The notes under the pieces are model-generated. The model did not search any database and was not told where the DNA came from. It saw only the letters and a program-made list of their open reading frames with translations. Positions 1 to 12,230 of a stretch of DNA of 64,000 nucleotides are shown here, one piece after another. Origin of the DNA: Hormiphora californensis (lineage: Eukaryota > Animalia > Ctenophora). Each line of letters opens with the position of its first letter. The stretch's first letter is position 1. Both the position numbers and the translations under genes were made by a program. Location of the stretch: assembly GCA_020137815.1 (NCBI GenBank), contig CM035356.1, positions 7,564,001-7,628,000 of the forward strand, given 5' to 3'.

Positions 1-384
1 ACTGGGTACGGCCACGGGGAGGTCATTAATGGGTACGGGAAGTTGTTCACCGGTGAATGTTTCTTGTTCATGGCTGGGGATGTCACTACTGGGCTGTTCT
101 TGTTGTTGAGCGCCCACTTCCAATCTTCGGCTGCTGCTGTTATCACCACTGGGTGTTTCTTGTTCATAGCTGGGCTCCCCGGTTGGGCGAACAGTTCCAG
201 TCGGTACTTCAGTGGCTTCCGTAAAGAAATCAGCTGAGTCACGATGTTGGAATGACTCTGTTTTGTCCCGTGTCACAGCTCCAGATCCAACTAGCTGGTC
301 AGGATCACTTCTTAGGTTAAAAAGCAAAATAAGAAGAGTACAAGTGGTCAGTAGGCAAACACAGCGTCGTTTTGATATCAACAT
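1..384 (-). CDS. 5' part of a putative type II membrane protein (Golgi glycosyltransferase-like N-terminus and stem); runs off the window edge
   Basis: Stop-free frame from ATG at 384 to base 1: MLISKRRCVCLLTTCTLLILLFNLRSDPDQ... (short basic tail, hydrophobic TM, then a Ser/Thr/Pro/Glu-rich stem). Absent from the ORF track because it has no stop inside the window. Confidence 0.6.
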   Translation of the reverse strand, partial: MLISKRRCVCLLTTCTLLILLFNLRSDPDQLVGSGAVTRDKTESFQHRDSADFFTEATEVPTGTVRPTGEPSYEQETPSGDNSSSRRLEVGAQQQEQPSSDIPSHEQETFTGEQLPVPINDLPVAVPS

Positions 385-705
385 TGCATTACAGGGTGTA
401 AAAGAAAATGTACTTTAGGGTCTACCAAGTGAACATCATGAAATAGTGTGCAATAATTATGCAACCACCCATTCACCACACTAAATGCTTGGCCTTAGGT
501 TCAAAGGAAGAGCGGTTATTTTGATCTACTGAACCCTCACAGAGCGTGCTCTGTTCAAAGGAACAGGCTAGGCTACAGCAGCTATTGGCTGACTTGTGCA
601 GCCTCCGAAACAACAAATAATGGCAATAATTATGTCGAAACTAAATGTACCTCAACAAATACGGTGCGATAACTAAATGAACCTCAACAATGACGTCATA
701 TGTAC

Positions 706-3700
706 CTCTTTAAACAGGCATGTTTCTGTGAGGAACACGGGTTGTCCCCCATCGCTCGGTAAGCAGTATCATACTCCCCAGCCTCCAGAGCATGTTTGAA
801 TGCAAGAGAAAAGAGGAGAGGGTGGTGGGTGCTATCAGTGAATTGGGTTGCCTCAGTTGCAAGGGATACTATAGAGGTATGGAGAGAGGATCGTTCCAGC
901 ATGGTGATACATTTGAGAATGTATTGGAGGGAGAGGGTCACCTTCGGGTCTGGTGTACCTGAGGGAGGTAGATCTGTTATATTTGGCTGTTAGGGTGTGT
1001 GGGGTTGAACCCCTTGTAGTTGGGGTGTGCAGTGGGTCTGAGAAAATATTATTCGAAAACAAAGCTTGTAAAAATTATCCTTGAAATGGTTTACGAAGGA
1101 GCAGTTGGTTGCCTTACCAACAAATATTTTGAGTAGCTCGCTAGACAAATCAATAGTTTTTGCCACACTTATAAACATCCCCACCGCAGTTGGGTGGTCT
1201 CCCGTTGCTGCGTACGCCTGGGCTGCGAGATGTGTCAGAGCCGGTCGTGTGTCCTCCGCTTTACGGTAGTACTCCTGAGAAATGATACATGTTTCAAATC
1301 TATATCCCGTCTTGTGTACGTATTTGACCCAAAACCATCCGACACATCAAATGATTTGATCTGATGGTTTTATTTACTCTCAGAGAAAACTATACCTTAC
1401 TCACTGTAAATCAGCGAACCTAAAATTAAGAATATGGCCAAAAAATATTCTTAATTTTGTTATTCTTAATTTTAGAGTTCCTTATTTTTCTACAATCTGA
1501 TGAGGGAAAGCGTATCATGGAGAGTGGCTAGAGAGCATCTGGCATCATTGATGCGTTGAAGTCTGAAGAGTGCACGTAGTGACAGTGTTGTAAATGATTT
1601 AGTTGACCCCTTTGCTTCAATGGCAATTTGAAACAAGTATAGATTGTATTTTAGCCTTTTTATCCAAATTTTGGTCATATTCTTCGCTAGAAAATTTATT
1701 CTTAATTATGTTATTCTTAATTTTAGAAGCGATAATTAACGGTTCGCTGATTTACAGTGAGTAAGGTATGCAACAGATAAGGAATATTACCTTGAGAAGT
1801 TCAAAGTACTGTGAAGTCAGTAGGAACTGTGGTAAATCCAACATCTCATTTCCAGGGTAGAGCGACCTAATCAGGTCCATAACCAAACTGCCAACATCCC
1901 CTAAAGACTCATACTGAACCCCTGGTTGTCTACAGGCCAGGAAATGATGGAGGATGGTTGCGGGTTTATCTTCCTCTCCTCCATCCTCTCCAATGGTTAG
2001 ACCCCCAAACTGGTCGGTATCTGTCTGACTGTTATCCCCACTGACAGAAGAAGATAAGATCCATTGGAGGAGCCGGAACCGATCCAGAATGGTTCTACAC
2101 TCAGGCAGGAGAGTCCGTCTGATGAATATCTGTTCAGCCTGACTAATGCCGTGGTGTTCATTTTCAATGTATACCAGACACACTAGAAGGACGGCAAAGG
2201 TCTTGTGTCCGTCAAATACACCCGTGTCTACAGCCCGGATTAGACACTCGCTACCTGTAGAAGTAGAAATGTGATTGGAAAGTGTCGTGGGCTTAGGATT
2301 GTCAATTTGATAAATTTACCAGTTTCGGTGGTCTATTTCATCAGCTCAGTTTACCAACTAATAACTAAGCGAACAGTAAATAAACCTACCGCTAGCACTT
2401 CTAAAGAGGGTGGGAGATTGAGAGGGGGCCAGGGTATTATCATCACAATCACTCCTAATACTGTTAATTGCAGAGCTCAGGGCTGGGATCAGGTCAGTTG
2501 TGTTAAGGAGGAGTCCCTCCAGTAAGGCAGATGCTTCTGGTGTTATGTGGTTGTTGAGGAGATCACGTGACACGCCAATGACGTCATCTGTACAACTCTG
2601 AGGGGAACCATGAGTGAGGGGTCAGAGAAAGAAAGAGAAACAGAAAAAATAGAAGAAACTCAGGAAAAAATCGAGGAACCAGGGTCCAGGACCTGCTACA
2701 AACCGGGGGAACTATTTTACAAACCTGCAGGTACTCCCACGCATCACCAGGAATCAACTCCGTAAGTTTCACCATTACCTCCCCCAACCCTTCGCTCTTG
2801 CTGAGGAAGTAATCCGAGCTGTTTGGGAGGAGTAACACCACATCACCACCCATCACCAAGACACCATCAGATATTGAGAGTGGGGTGGAGTGAACCAGAT
2901 GGAATGTCTCACATTCCTTGTGCAGGGAAAGCAGGGAATCCTCCAGATCTCCCATTCCTTCGTGTGTTTTTATGAAGGAGCACAGTAACTCCTCTATCGT
3001 TCCCTCGTCTGTGTCCTGCCCTAGTTTGTCAAGGGCAGTGCAAATTGTCGCCTCGGTAAACTCAGAGAGACAGAAATCTGTGAATCCCTCGGGGTCAGAG
3101 AAGAGGACATCATCAATCTCGGATGGTTCAATGAGTTGGGCCTCCTCCCACTGACCCTCTTCTGAGTCTGAGCCAACAAAGTCAAGTGATAGAACCCTGG
3201 GGGGGGAGGGAAATATTGAATAAAAGCGAAAACTAAAGTGTAAAATACAGATTTATTATTTCTTTGTGAAGTCAAAACAACAAAACTTTCCCTAAGTTTA
3301 ACTTGCTACTTTTTATCCTCTCTTACCGTGGTGTCCCGGCCTCATCGTGAAGTGCTAGGATCCGGTTGGATGTCAGAGAGAAGTGCTTCAGAGGTACATC
3401 CCATCCGGAGCAATAAAACAGAACTGTCATTGACAGTGCAGCCCCCTCCATGAAGGAAACTGAAATGAGGTCAAAAGTTAAGAATTCAAGTTCAAATTCA
3501 GGAGAGGTCATTGAAAAGAGTTAAAGAGTTAGAGAAGTCAGGACTCAGGAGCTGGCTGAGAGAGGTCATTGAAAATAGTTCGAGTTCGGGTTCAAGAGAA
3601 ATACTAACTTAGTATACATACTAACTTAGTAACAAGTTGTGTTGTCTGTTCTTAGTATTACTAAGAACAGACAACACAACTTGTTTACCCGAGAATGCAC

Positions 3701-5349
3701 CTAAATCTCTCCATCGTTAACTTACCCGAGTAAATTCGGAAGATATTAGAGTCAGTAAGGGAGAGATGTAGTCCCACAAGCGGGGGAGAGGTGGCACTGG
3801 CAGGTTTGTATGTCAGTAAGTTCGTTCCATCAGGTTTTTGAGGTGAGGTACAGTGAATTGCCTCAATGTTTATGCACTCCTTTTTAGTAACCTGACCAGA
3901 CACGTAGTTTTGTATCTCTAAAACGAGGGAGAGAGTGAGTTTAGTTAATTTAGTTCTCCTGAGAGTGAGTTTATTTTGTTGCCTGAAAGGGACAAAAAGT
4001 CAAAAAATTCAAATCCTCAACGATTGAAAACTAACTTGGTTAGAGAGAACAGGGACATGTCATGTGAAACTAACTTGGTTAGAGAGAAAAGGAACATGTC
4101 TGGACCGATTTGAGCCATGATAAGTGAGAGGGGAGCGGTATCAGATTCTACCATCATAGACCTCCTACTGACACCTGACCATAGCCGCTGCATCACCGAC
4201 CATTGGTGGAGGTCCGTCTGAAGGTAGAACATGTGTGTAATATGAGCTGGATCTAGTTGCAACTCCTTGAGGAGATTTGGTCTATTATATGGATCAGACT
4301 CTGAGCAAGAGTTAGGGGTTGCTATAATACCATAGTTACCAGAGGGGATTGCCATAGTTACCTGTAGAACGTCAGTATCAACACCAGGAGGGGGAAGAGT
4401 TACCAGTCTCAGATCACTAGATGGATAGGAGAAAGCGAATACTGCAGCCCCAACTTGTGAAAGAGCGGCAGTAGCCAGGGATGGAGCTACGTCGTGAGGG
4501 ATGTAGGAGAAGTAGTGCTTCCGTTGGAGTACTGTCGTATCTACCGAACTGTGAAAGTATAGTTGTTAGTAAAAACTCGCTATATATAAATATACAAATA
4601 TATTTGTAACAACTTATTACAAATTTAACCAGTTGGAACTTGGAGAATATTTGATGAAATATTTCTAAAAACTTACTCAAAAACGCTGACAGCAGTTTTA
4701 CTGAACCCGTTCACGTCTTGGGTGGATGGGTGCGAACAGATAATCCGGTGCACGGAGGCAGTAGTAGCAATGAGAATGCTGACAGTCAAACTCTCTTCAA
4801 CGATTGTAACCTGCAAAACAAACACAAAATATTGTCACTGGGAAACAAATAGTGTAACTGGGAATTGGGGAACGGTGTAGTCTGAGGGATTTCATTCCGA
4901 AACTTACAGGAGATAGGACCTCCCACACACGGAATGTGTCTACTTACAGGAGATAGGACGGCAGTATTGGGGAAGTAGAGCCGAAGTCCGTTCCCAGTGA
5001 GATTGAGGTGAAGAGACAGTTCAGATAACTCAATGGTATCATCCCTGACACGCCAAACTATCCAACGGTCTTTACAAAGCGGGTGATCAGATGCAAACCT
5101 GAACAGAAGTATTGGATTTAGAGTTCATACAATAAATTGAAACAACTTATTACCCAAATCTTGGATTGGGATACTGGCGTACACTGTACAAATGATACTC
5201 CTAACTCCAGTTCACAGTTACCTAAAAGCGCCTCCATCACGACCAAATGCTCTGATTGGTGGTGTATCTTTATCACTGAGAAAGTTGTACCCAACCTCAA
5301 CCCACTCCTTTACAAAATCTCGGAGAACACGGTCTCCTTGGAGCAACAT
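706..5349 (-). CDS. NUP160: Nuclear pore complex protein Nup160, multi-exon, 3'-partial
   Basis: Exon peptides DRWIVWRVRDDTIELSELSLHLNLTGNGLRLYF, WSVMQRLWSG, LKHFSLTSNRILALHD and FKHALEAGEYDTAYRAMGDNPCSSQKHACLKR match Nup160 motifs. Start ATG at 5349 (MLLQGDRV). Last visible donor GTACAT at 705. Confidence 0.85.
1395..1766. mobile_element. MITE with TA target duplication (Tc1/mariner-type) in a Nup160 intron
   Basis: TIRs CCTTACTCACTGTAAATCAGCGAACC / GGTTCGCTGATTTACAGTGAGTAAGG, flanked by TA on both sides; non-coding interior. Confidence 0.8.
3631..3685. repeat. Perfect intronic palindrome (27-bp arms, 1-nt centre)
   Basis: aacaagttgtgttgtctgttcttagta-t-tactaagaacagacaacacaacttgtt. Confidence 0.9.
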
Positions 5350-5707
5350 CAGCTGGGCTATTATAACAGAGTGGGGAGGTTAGTCTTTTGGGGGTGCGGC
5401 CAAAATTATTTATCGAAAATTCTCGCACTGATCAAACTTGTCCAGCCAGGCTCGGAATAATTAAAAAGTTGTGAATCATCATTTTCTTTTGTAACTAAAC
5501 ACCCATGTTAGAGCGAGAATTGTCGAGAGAACATGTGCATGTTATGAGTTATCTCTCTTCCAGAAGAAGAGCCTCGGTGTAATCGAAATTTATTGTTCCA
5601 TTTGTAATTTGAAGCCATTGATCACGCTCACGTCTCACTGTTCATTTTTTTTTTCAAATCTCCACCATATATCAAGTGGTTAACTTCTCCAACTATCGTG
5701 ATCAGGA
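5350..5707. promoter_or_regulatory. Putative bidirectional promoter region between Nup160 and the GH31 gene
   Basis: Divergent start codons at 5349 (-) and 5708 (+), separated by 358 bp. Confidence 0.5.
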
Positions 5708-8700
5708 ATGTTGCGAGAGTTTTGTGCTGGACTAACTGCCCCCGCTCGTCGGAGATGTGTTATTATTGGAGCCGTCACCACTGGGGTGGCCCTCTTTGTC
5801 GTAGTCTCTGTCATTGTAATTGTGAGCGGAAAAGAAAACGAGGTAGGTCGTAAATGGTTTTGTCAAAAACATTTTATCGTCATAATATGTCTATTCAAAT
5901 CAAAACAAGAGTATTAATGAAAGACATTTGTTTCTCTAGCGAACTAGAGACTGGTGAGTGGTGATCTAGAAAAACAATTGTCTATCATTAAAACTTGTGA
6001 TTTGATTTGCTATTTCATTGTCGACGGTCGAGTAATATGCCTTATATGCAGTTACTGCATGTGACAAATCATGTTAATTGGGAATTACCAACGTCCAATT
6101 TGTCAGGAACGCACAGAGGCAAGTGTTTGGAAATGTGTTATAGCGGGTGACAGTCCTTCCAAGGTCAGTACCTATTCAGTTCAGGTATTCATTAATAGTG
6201 TTGAAGATATTATAGTGTTGAAGATATTATAGTGTTGAAGTCTTCAACGCGAAGATAGTATTGAAGATATAATTATATATTTTTTCTTCTGTCTCAGGAG
6301 TCCTGCGAAAAGATCGGATGTGTTTTGTCTGAAGGAGAATGCTATTTCCCACGAAACTCCACAAAGTTAGGCTACAAAACTACTTCTGTCCTGCACGACG
6401 GGTCGCTTATCTTGTCTTGGACTGGTCCTCTCATTCACCCCACAGTCATTCCAGAGCTATTGGTGCAAGTGGAGACGATATCCAATGAAATATCTCGAGT
6501 TGTAATAAAGAATGCGAAACGGGATCGTTATGAGATACCGATACCACTAAAAAGGGACACCTGGTCTAGAATTGATCCAGATTTAGCTGTCGAAACATCA
6601 GGTGTCGGGGAAATGTTTTGGATGACTGTAACCCGTAAATCTACCAACACCACTCTGTTTGACACCCGGGACACAGTTCTGGTTTTCATGGATCAGTTCT
6701 TAGAGATAACGTCCAAACTGCCATCCAACAGGCTGTACGGGTTCGCAGAGCGGGGGGCTCCATTTAGAAGAAGTATGGACAACATCACTATGCCTCTTTT
6801 TGCTCACGACAACTTTCCCTCGCCTATAGGACAAGATATTAATCTGTACAGTTCTCAACCATTCTACATGATGGCTGAGGATGACGGGAGTGCTCACGGT
6901 GTCCTGATTTACAATAGCAACGCCATGGAGGCCCACTTGAAACCCATCCCATCCGTTACAGTTCGTGCAATGGGTGGAATATTGGATCTCTACTTTCTAG
7001 CCGGACCCTCGCCAATAGTAGTTACAGAGCAACTAACCGAGTTGATAGGAAAACCATTCCTCCCGCCCTACTGGAGTTTGGGATTCCATCTTTGTCGCTA
7101 TGGTTACAAAAACCTAACTGAGACACGTGAGACGTTCCTGAGAAACTGGGACCGACATCTACCGATGGATGTACAATGGCAGGACATTGACTACATGGAC
7201 AAGAAGTTGATTTTCACTATTGACCCTGAGAATTACAAAGGTCTGGGAGAGTTTGTGAGGAAGGAGGTTCAGACCAAGGGTGTTCACTATGTCATTATTG
7301 TGGACCCTGCGGTAGGGCGTACAGAAGGGTTTGGTGTTTTTGAGAGGGGTAAACTGAAGGACGTCTACATCAAGACTTCAAAAGGAGAGGACTTGGTTGG
7401 GAAGGTCTGGCCAGGTCCAACTGTTTTTCCTGACTTTACTAACCCAACTACCGCTGGTTGGTGGAAAGATGAAATGATCGAGTTTCATGAAACTCTACCC
7501 TTCGATGGGATATGGTTGGATATGAATGAACCCGCTAATTTTGATGAGAACGGCACACACGGCTCGATCCATGGGTGTGAGGACAATGTAGTAAACCATC
7601 CCCCGTACAAACCATGCACATCCGGGCCCACACTCTACTACAAAACGATCTGCCTAGATGCAAAACAGAAGTGGGGCATTCAGCGGGACTTACACAACAT
7701 TTACGGCCTTACTGAGACCATTGCCACACATGGAGCACTCGTGGAGTTGTTCCCGGAAAAGCGGCCGTTCATTATCAGCAGATCAACCTTCCCTGGATCG
7801 GGTCAGTACGGTGGACACTGGTTGGGTGACAACGAGAGCTCCTGGAAGCATCTCCGACAATCAATAATGGGCATCCTAGATTTCAATCTGGTGGGGATTC
7901 CCATGACGGGTGCAGATATCGGAGGGTTTATGGGGGAACCCACAGAGGAGTTGGCGATAAGGTGGCACCAGTTGGGAGCGTGGTACCCGTTCTGCCGAAA
8001 CCACAACATGATCGGATCAGCCGACCAAGATCCGGGTGTCTATGGGGAGGAGGTGTTTTGGAAGATAAAAAGGGCTCTGGAGATACGATATGATTTGCTT
8101 CCCTACTGGTACACACAATTCAAACTGACTCACCAAAAAGGAACCCCTATCATCAGAGCGACATTCCAAAATTATCCGAATGATAAAACTGCAGCTGCAG
8201 AAAACTTCGATGAAGACTACACCCAGTTTTTGGTTGGTGACTCCATCCTGGTAGCTCCTGTTGTTACAAAGGGAGATGAGGAGGTTAGGGTGTATCTTCC
8301 TGCTGTAGATGACTGGTTTATTCATAGGAACGATACTTACACACTAGTTGGGAATGGTTTACAGCTGATACCGGCACCGTTAGAGGAGCTGCCTTATTTT
8401 GTGAAAGCAGGGACTGTCCTTTTTCTTCAAAAGAAAGGCCAGACAACAGTGGACAGGAGAAAAAGCGACTTGGAGTTACACGTTCTTCTCAATGCGGATA
8501 AGGAGGCAACTGGATTTATGTATTTGGACGACGGGGAGACCATGGACACGGCGTACCACACAATTCGGGCCACCTTATCTCGGCGATCTTTGAAGTTAGA
8601 AACTTTCTCTTTCGGCAAAAGTGCTGGTAACATTAGTTTGCCAAAGGTTAGCAAAGTAGAAGTTGCTAACGTGGACCCTGATACGATTGAAAGTGAAGTT

Positions 8701-8802
8701 GTTTGTGGTTCGGAGAATATAGCTGTTTCAATAGAAAACGATACATTGATCATTGTGTTCGGCGAGTCAGCTTCACTTGTTGGATTAATCTGTAATTATT
8801 GA
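5708..8802 (+). CDS. GH31 alpha-glucosidase (lysosomal alpha-glucosidase / maltase-glucoamylase-like) with N-terminal membrane anchor and degenerate trefoil
   Basis: Exons 5708-5842, 6107-6163 and 6298-8802, all phase 0. Nucleophile motif GIWLDMNEP, acid/base motif HWLGDN, plus GADIGGF, PFCRNHN and LYFLAGPSP. Confidence 0.93.
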
Positions 8803-9060
8803 TCGTGGATATTTAGAAATATGACACTTACTCAGTTATCTTAACTATCGAGTCTTGTTTTGAAGTGTGGTTGTTGATTTTTTAGACCTGATTTTTTAGA
8901 CCTGAGAAAAGGTCCGAAACTGTGTCTACGTCTAAAAGCCCGAAAAATGGATACCCCGGCCGTGGATTGGGGGATAAAAAGCATGGTATTTACATTTTAC
9001 AGCGAAAAATCAAAAATGGTCAATTACCAGTCAAGAGCCAAAAGCATCCCGGGGATGCCA

Positions 9061-11441
9061 TAAGGAACCATAATAAAGTTCAAGAGCCTCCAAGAGCACC
9101 CAAGAGCGCCCCCGATCGAAGAGAGACCACACCTGAGAGCGCACCACACCCAAAAGAGACCACATCTTTTTTGAAAAACCGGGTTGACCGGGCCCATTAA
9201 TACGGAATATAACAATAAGTGTAATCAGTACATAAAGGTTAAAATAAATTAATTCGTTGCATTGTTTTTAATCAAGTATAAAATATTAAAATCATTCCTG
9301 TCTGTAAACCGTTTAGGACTGGAACCTCGGTGACCACGGAGGCTGACAACAAGGGTTTTCAAGAGACAAAATGATAAACGTTGCCGGATATACCTTATTG
9401 AGTCTGGGTATGATTGACCGGTTTTCTCAGAAAGACGATAAGCTATCTGTTTGTATAGTTTGTCAGCTTCATTACCAACGATACCGGATGTAGAGAAGAC
9501 GACGGGAGTAAAATAGCTTTTTTCCACCTGGAGGATGCGCTCTCCGTAGGCCCGTTTCTTCTCAACCTCGTGTTTCTTCAAGACCTTATCAACTGATAGA
9601 GATTTGTTTGTTGGCGCCCTAGAGTTGAAGATGCGAACATCGAGGAACAGTTTTGACATGTCAGTTTTTGACCTAACGCCACGAGCAGAAACGTCGAGAC
9701 GAGCTTCATCTGTTTTGATGGCAGTTTCATATTTGAGGGTCTCCCCGGTGAGAGGCAACAAGTGGGGTTCTACAACAACGTCTCTGCAACCGGCCTCAAC
9801 TAGCAGATTTGCGGTCAGGTCTCGGATCTGATTGTGCCTGAGATTAACATAGCCCCCACGAGCACAAGATAGGCAGTGTTCGATGGAATTCACTTTGCCA
9901 CAAGCACAGTGGTTAGGGAAATCATGGAGAGCCAGATCGTACCGCAAAGCTAGAGCATCCCAGAATTCTGATTTGTTGAGGTTGAAACCATGCTCCGCCA
10001 GGGGGAGACTAGTTAGCCAGGTGGACGAGCCACGTTTGCACAGTTCTTCATGAAGTCTCAGCTGGTCTGGACACAGTTTCTCAGCAACCGCCGCTAACTG
10101 TTTCTTGTTGGACATAGTTTTAGCATATGCAACCTCTTCCTTAGCCACCTTCAAGCTCTTGGCAACTGACACGAATCTCTCTTCAGTAATGGTTGTGTTC
10201 TGTTCGATTATTATCTTTGAGAGAGGTGTAGTTGCAACAAGGGATCGCTGGTGCTCAATGTCAGCGGCTGCACAAGGGTTATCGATGCCAAGTCCCCCAT
10301 TCCTGCACGGTAGTGAAAAACGTTCCCGGTGGAGAGGGGTAAAATGGTTGTTCACTGCTGCTGGAAGAAACAAGGTCGTGATTGCTGACTCCAGGGGTGC
10401 AAAAAGTTCTGAGATGTTTGGTGTTGTCCTCATCAGAAAAAGCCAGCGTTTAGAGAGTCCCATGCAGAAACCTGTGTAGGCAGCCTGGGGCTCTGTGTTG
10501 GCAATGTTTGCGATGGCCTGCACGTCTTCAACCCAACGTTGAATTTCCTTACACGCATAGTCCCGCTGGAATTCAAGAGACCCTATGGGGGCACCAAGGT
10601 AACGATGACCGTCAGATTTGATGATGACGTCAGTGTCTGCGAATATAGATGTAGCCTCCTCAAAGTGTTCTGGCTTAACAATGAGCACAGATTTGTCAGG
10701 GCGGGGGAAATACCCATAACCGGGACCGTTGGTTACCAATGAATCCCACCACTCTCTAACACCCATAAGAGTACCCGCAGCAGCACCATCGTCAGCATAA
10801 AATATTTGATTAGGGGGAGTGGCAGAAAGTTTTTCAATTAGCGGACGGAGACTGATGCAATAAAAGGGTGAAGCAATATTACACCCTTGGGTAGTCCCTT
10901 CTGAAGACAGAAGAATGGTACCATCCGAGAGAAAGAGGCGAACTGGAGACCGATATAGATTTATGGCAAAGATTGAGAGTGCTGGACATAAATACCTCAA
11001 GTTGACCAGAGCAGTCTCTCTGTTTAGGACATTAAAGGCATTACGGGCGTCAGCAAGTAAAACAGCCTGACAGTTATCGTCGTCAAAAAAGTGTCGCATT
11101 GAATGAACTGCAGCCTCGGCCCCACCTTGTTGTCCAGCAGCGAGTTGTAGCGGGCCACATCCAAGAGCGCACCACCTCCAGAAGACACCACTTCAAGAGC
11201 GCACCACATCAAAGAGAGCTCCCCATCCAGAAGATACCACGCGCAGGGGACACCACGCGCAGAAGAGACCAGCGCGGCGTTGTATTTGCGCGTGCGGTCT
11301 CTTCTGCGCGTGGTGTCCCCTGCGCGCGGTATCTTCTGGATGGGGAGCTCTCTTTGATGTGGTGCGCTCTCGGAGTGGTGTCTTTTGGAGGTGGTGCGCT
11401 CTTGGATGGGGTGCGCTCTTGAACTTTATTATGGTTCCTTA
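9061..11441. mobile_element. Palindromic TIR element (MITE/foldback) with a 14-bp target duplication, interrupted by a retrotransposon
   Basis: Perfect 27-bp TIRs TAAGGAACCATAATAAAGTTCAAGAGC at 9061-9087 and 11415-11441. Flanking direct repeat TCCCGGGGATGCCA at 9047-9060 and 11442-11455. AAGAGCGCACCAC-like subterminal repeats. Hairpin at about 11158-11408. Confidence 0.85.
9167..11159 (-). mobile_element. 5'-truncated non-LTR retrotransposon, CRE-like (RT + CCHC + restriction-like endonuclease)
   Basis: ORF 9249-11099 extends in frame upstream as CGPLQLAAGQQGGAEAAVHS. RT motifs ADARNAFN, GTTQG, YADD and RYLG; CACG..EHCLSC; RHNQIRD; RLDV..FLDVRIF..HEVEKKRAY. Short A tail at 9167-9172. CCACATC repeated at both ends. 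Confidence 0.9.
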
Positions 11442-12230
11442 TCCCGGGGATGCCATCCCCCCAAAACAGCAAAAACGGGCATCTTGGAAACGTGGAGGAC
11501 GAGCTGAAAAAAACTAACACATAACAAATGAATTTAAATACCCGCGCGCGAAGCTTGGCAACGCCGTAGTAAAATTAATCGCGCGTTACGTATAATGCTT
11601 AGCGCGTGTGCATTCGTACTAGGAAAATTAATGTTTCAGTCGGATTTCCAAGATGGCCGTTTTTGTCACTTTCAGGCATCGGCACGGGTCGCCCTCTTTT
11701 TTAGCTGTGGGGTGCAGTGTGGGATGCCAAAGACACGACTTTATTCATTTTAGTACGATTATTGGAAACATCAGTCCTTCACCTACCGTCTAAATATTAG
11801 ATCTTTGAAAATCGAAACGCATGCCCCTTGGGCCTCCAAAAAAATGGGCCTCCGGCTTACAGCTTACTGCCTGCACATATTATGCAGTTTGTTAGCTTTA
11901 TGAAACTTGTCCATGATTGAAATTTAGGCATTTTAGGGAAAATATTAAATACTCACAACCAGCAACATCAGGCCTTGGCATGCCTTGCAGACCCCTAGTG
12001 CACACGTTTCCCACGGCTTCTAGGGCCTTCAGCGTAGGCCAACATCAGGCCATCTGGGTCCCATCTGGGTCCTTGGATACACTTTATTGAGCTATCTCAC
12101 CGAAAATGCTGTGTAAAAGGGAGAAATAATTGCTCGTACATAGTTAAAAACTCGCAATTTGCAATGATAAACGATGATTATAAAAAATAGTATGACAGGT
12201 GGAACTTTATTTTCAGTTTATTTTTCACAT

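Noticed and set aside
8884-11860. Outer host element around the 14-bp-duplication MITE (TAGACCTGAG ... CTCCGGCTTA)
   Set aside because: The termini are only weakly complementary and there is no clear target duplication.
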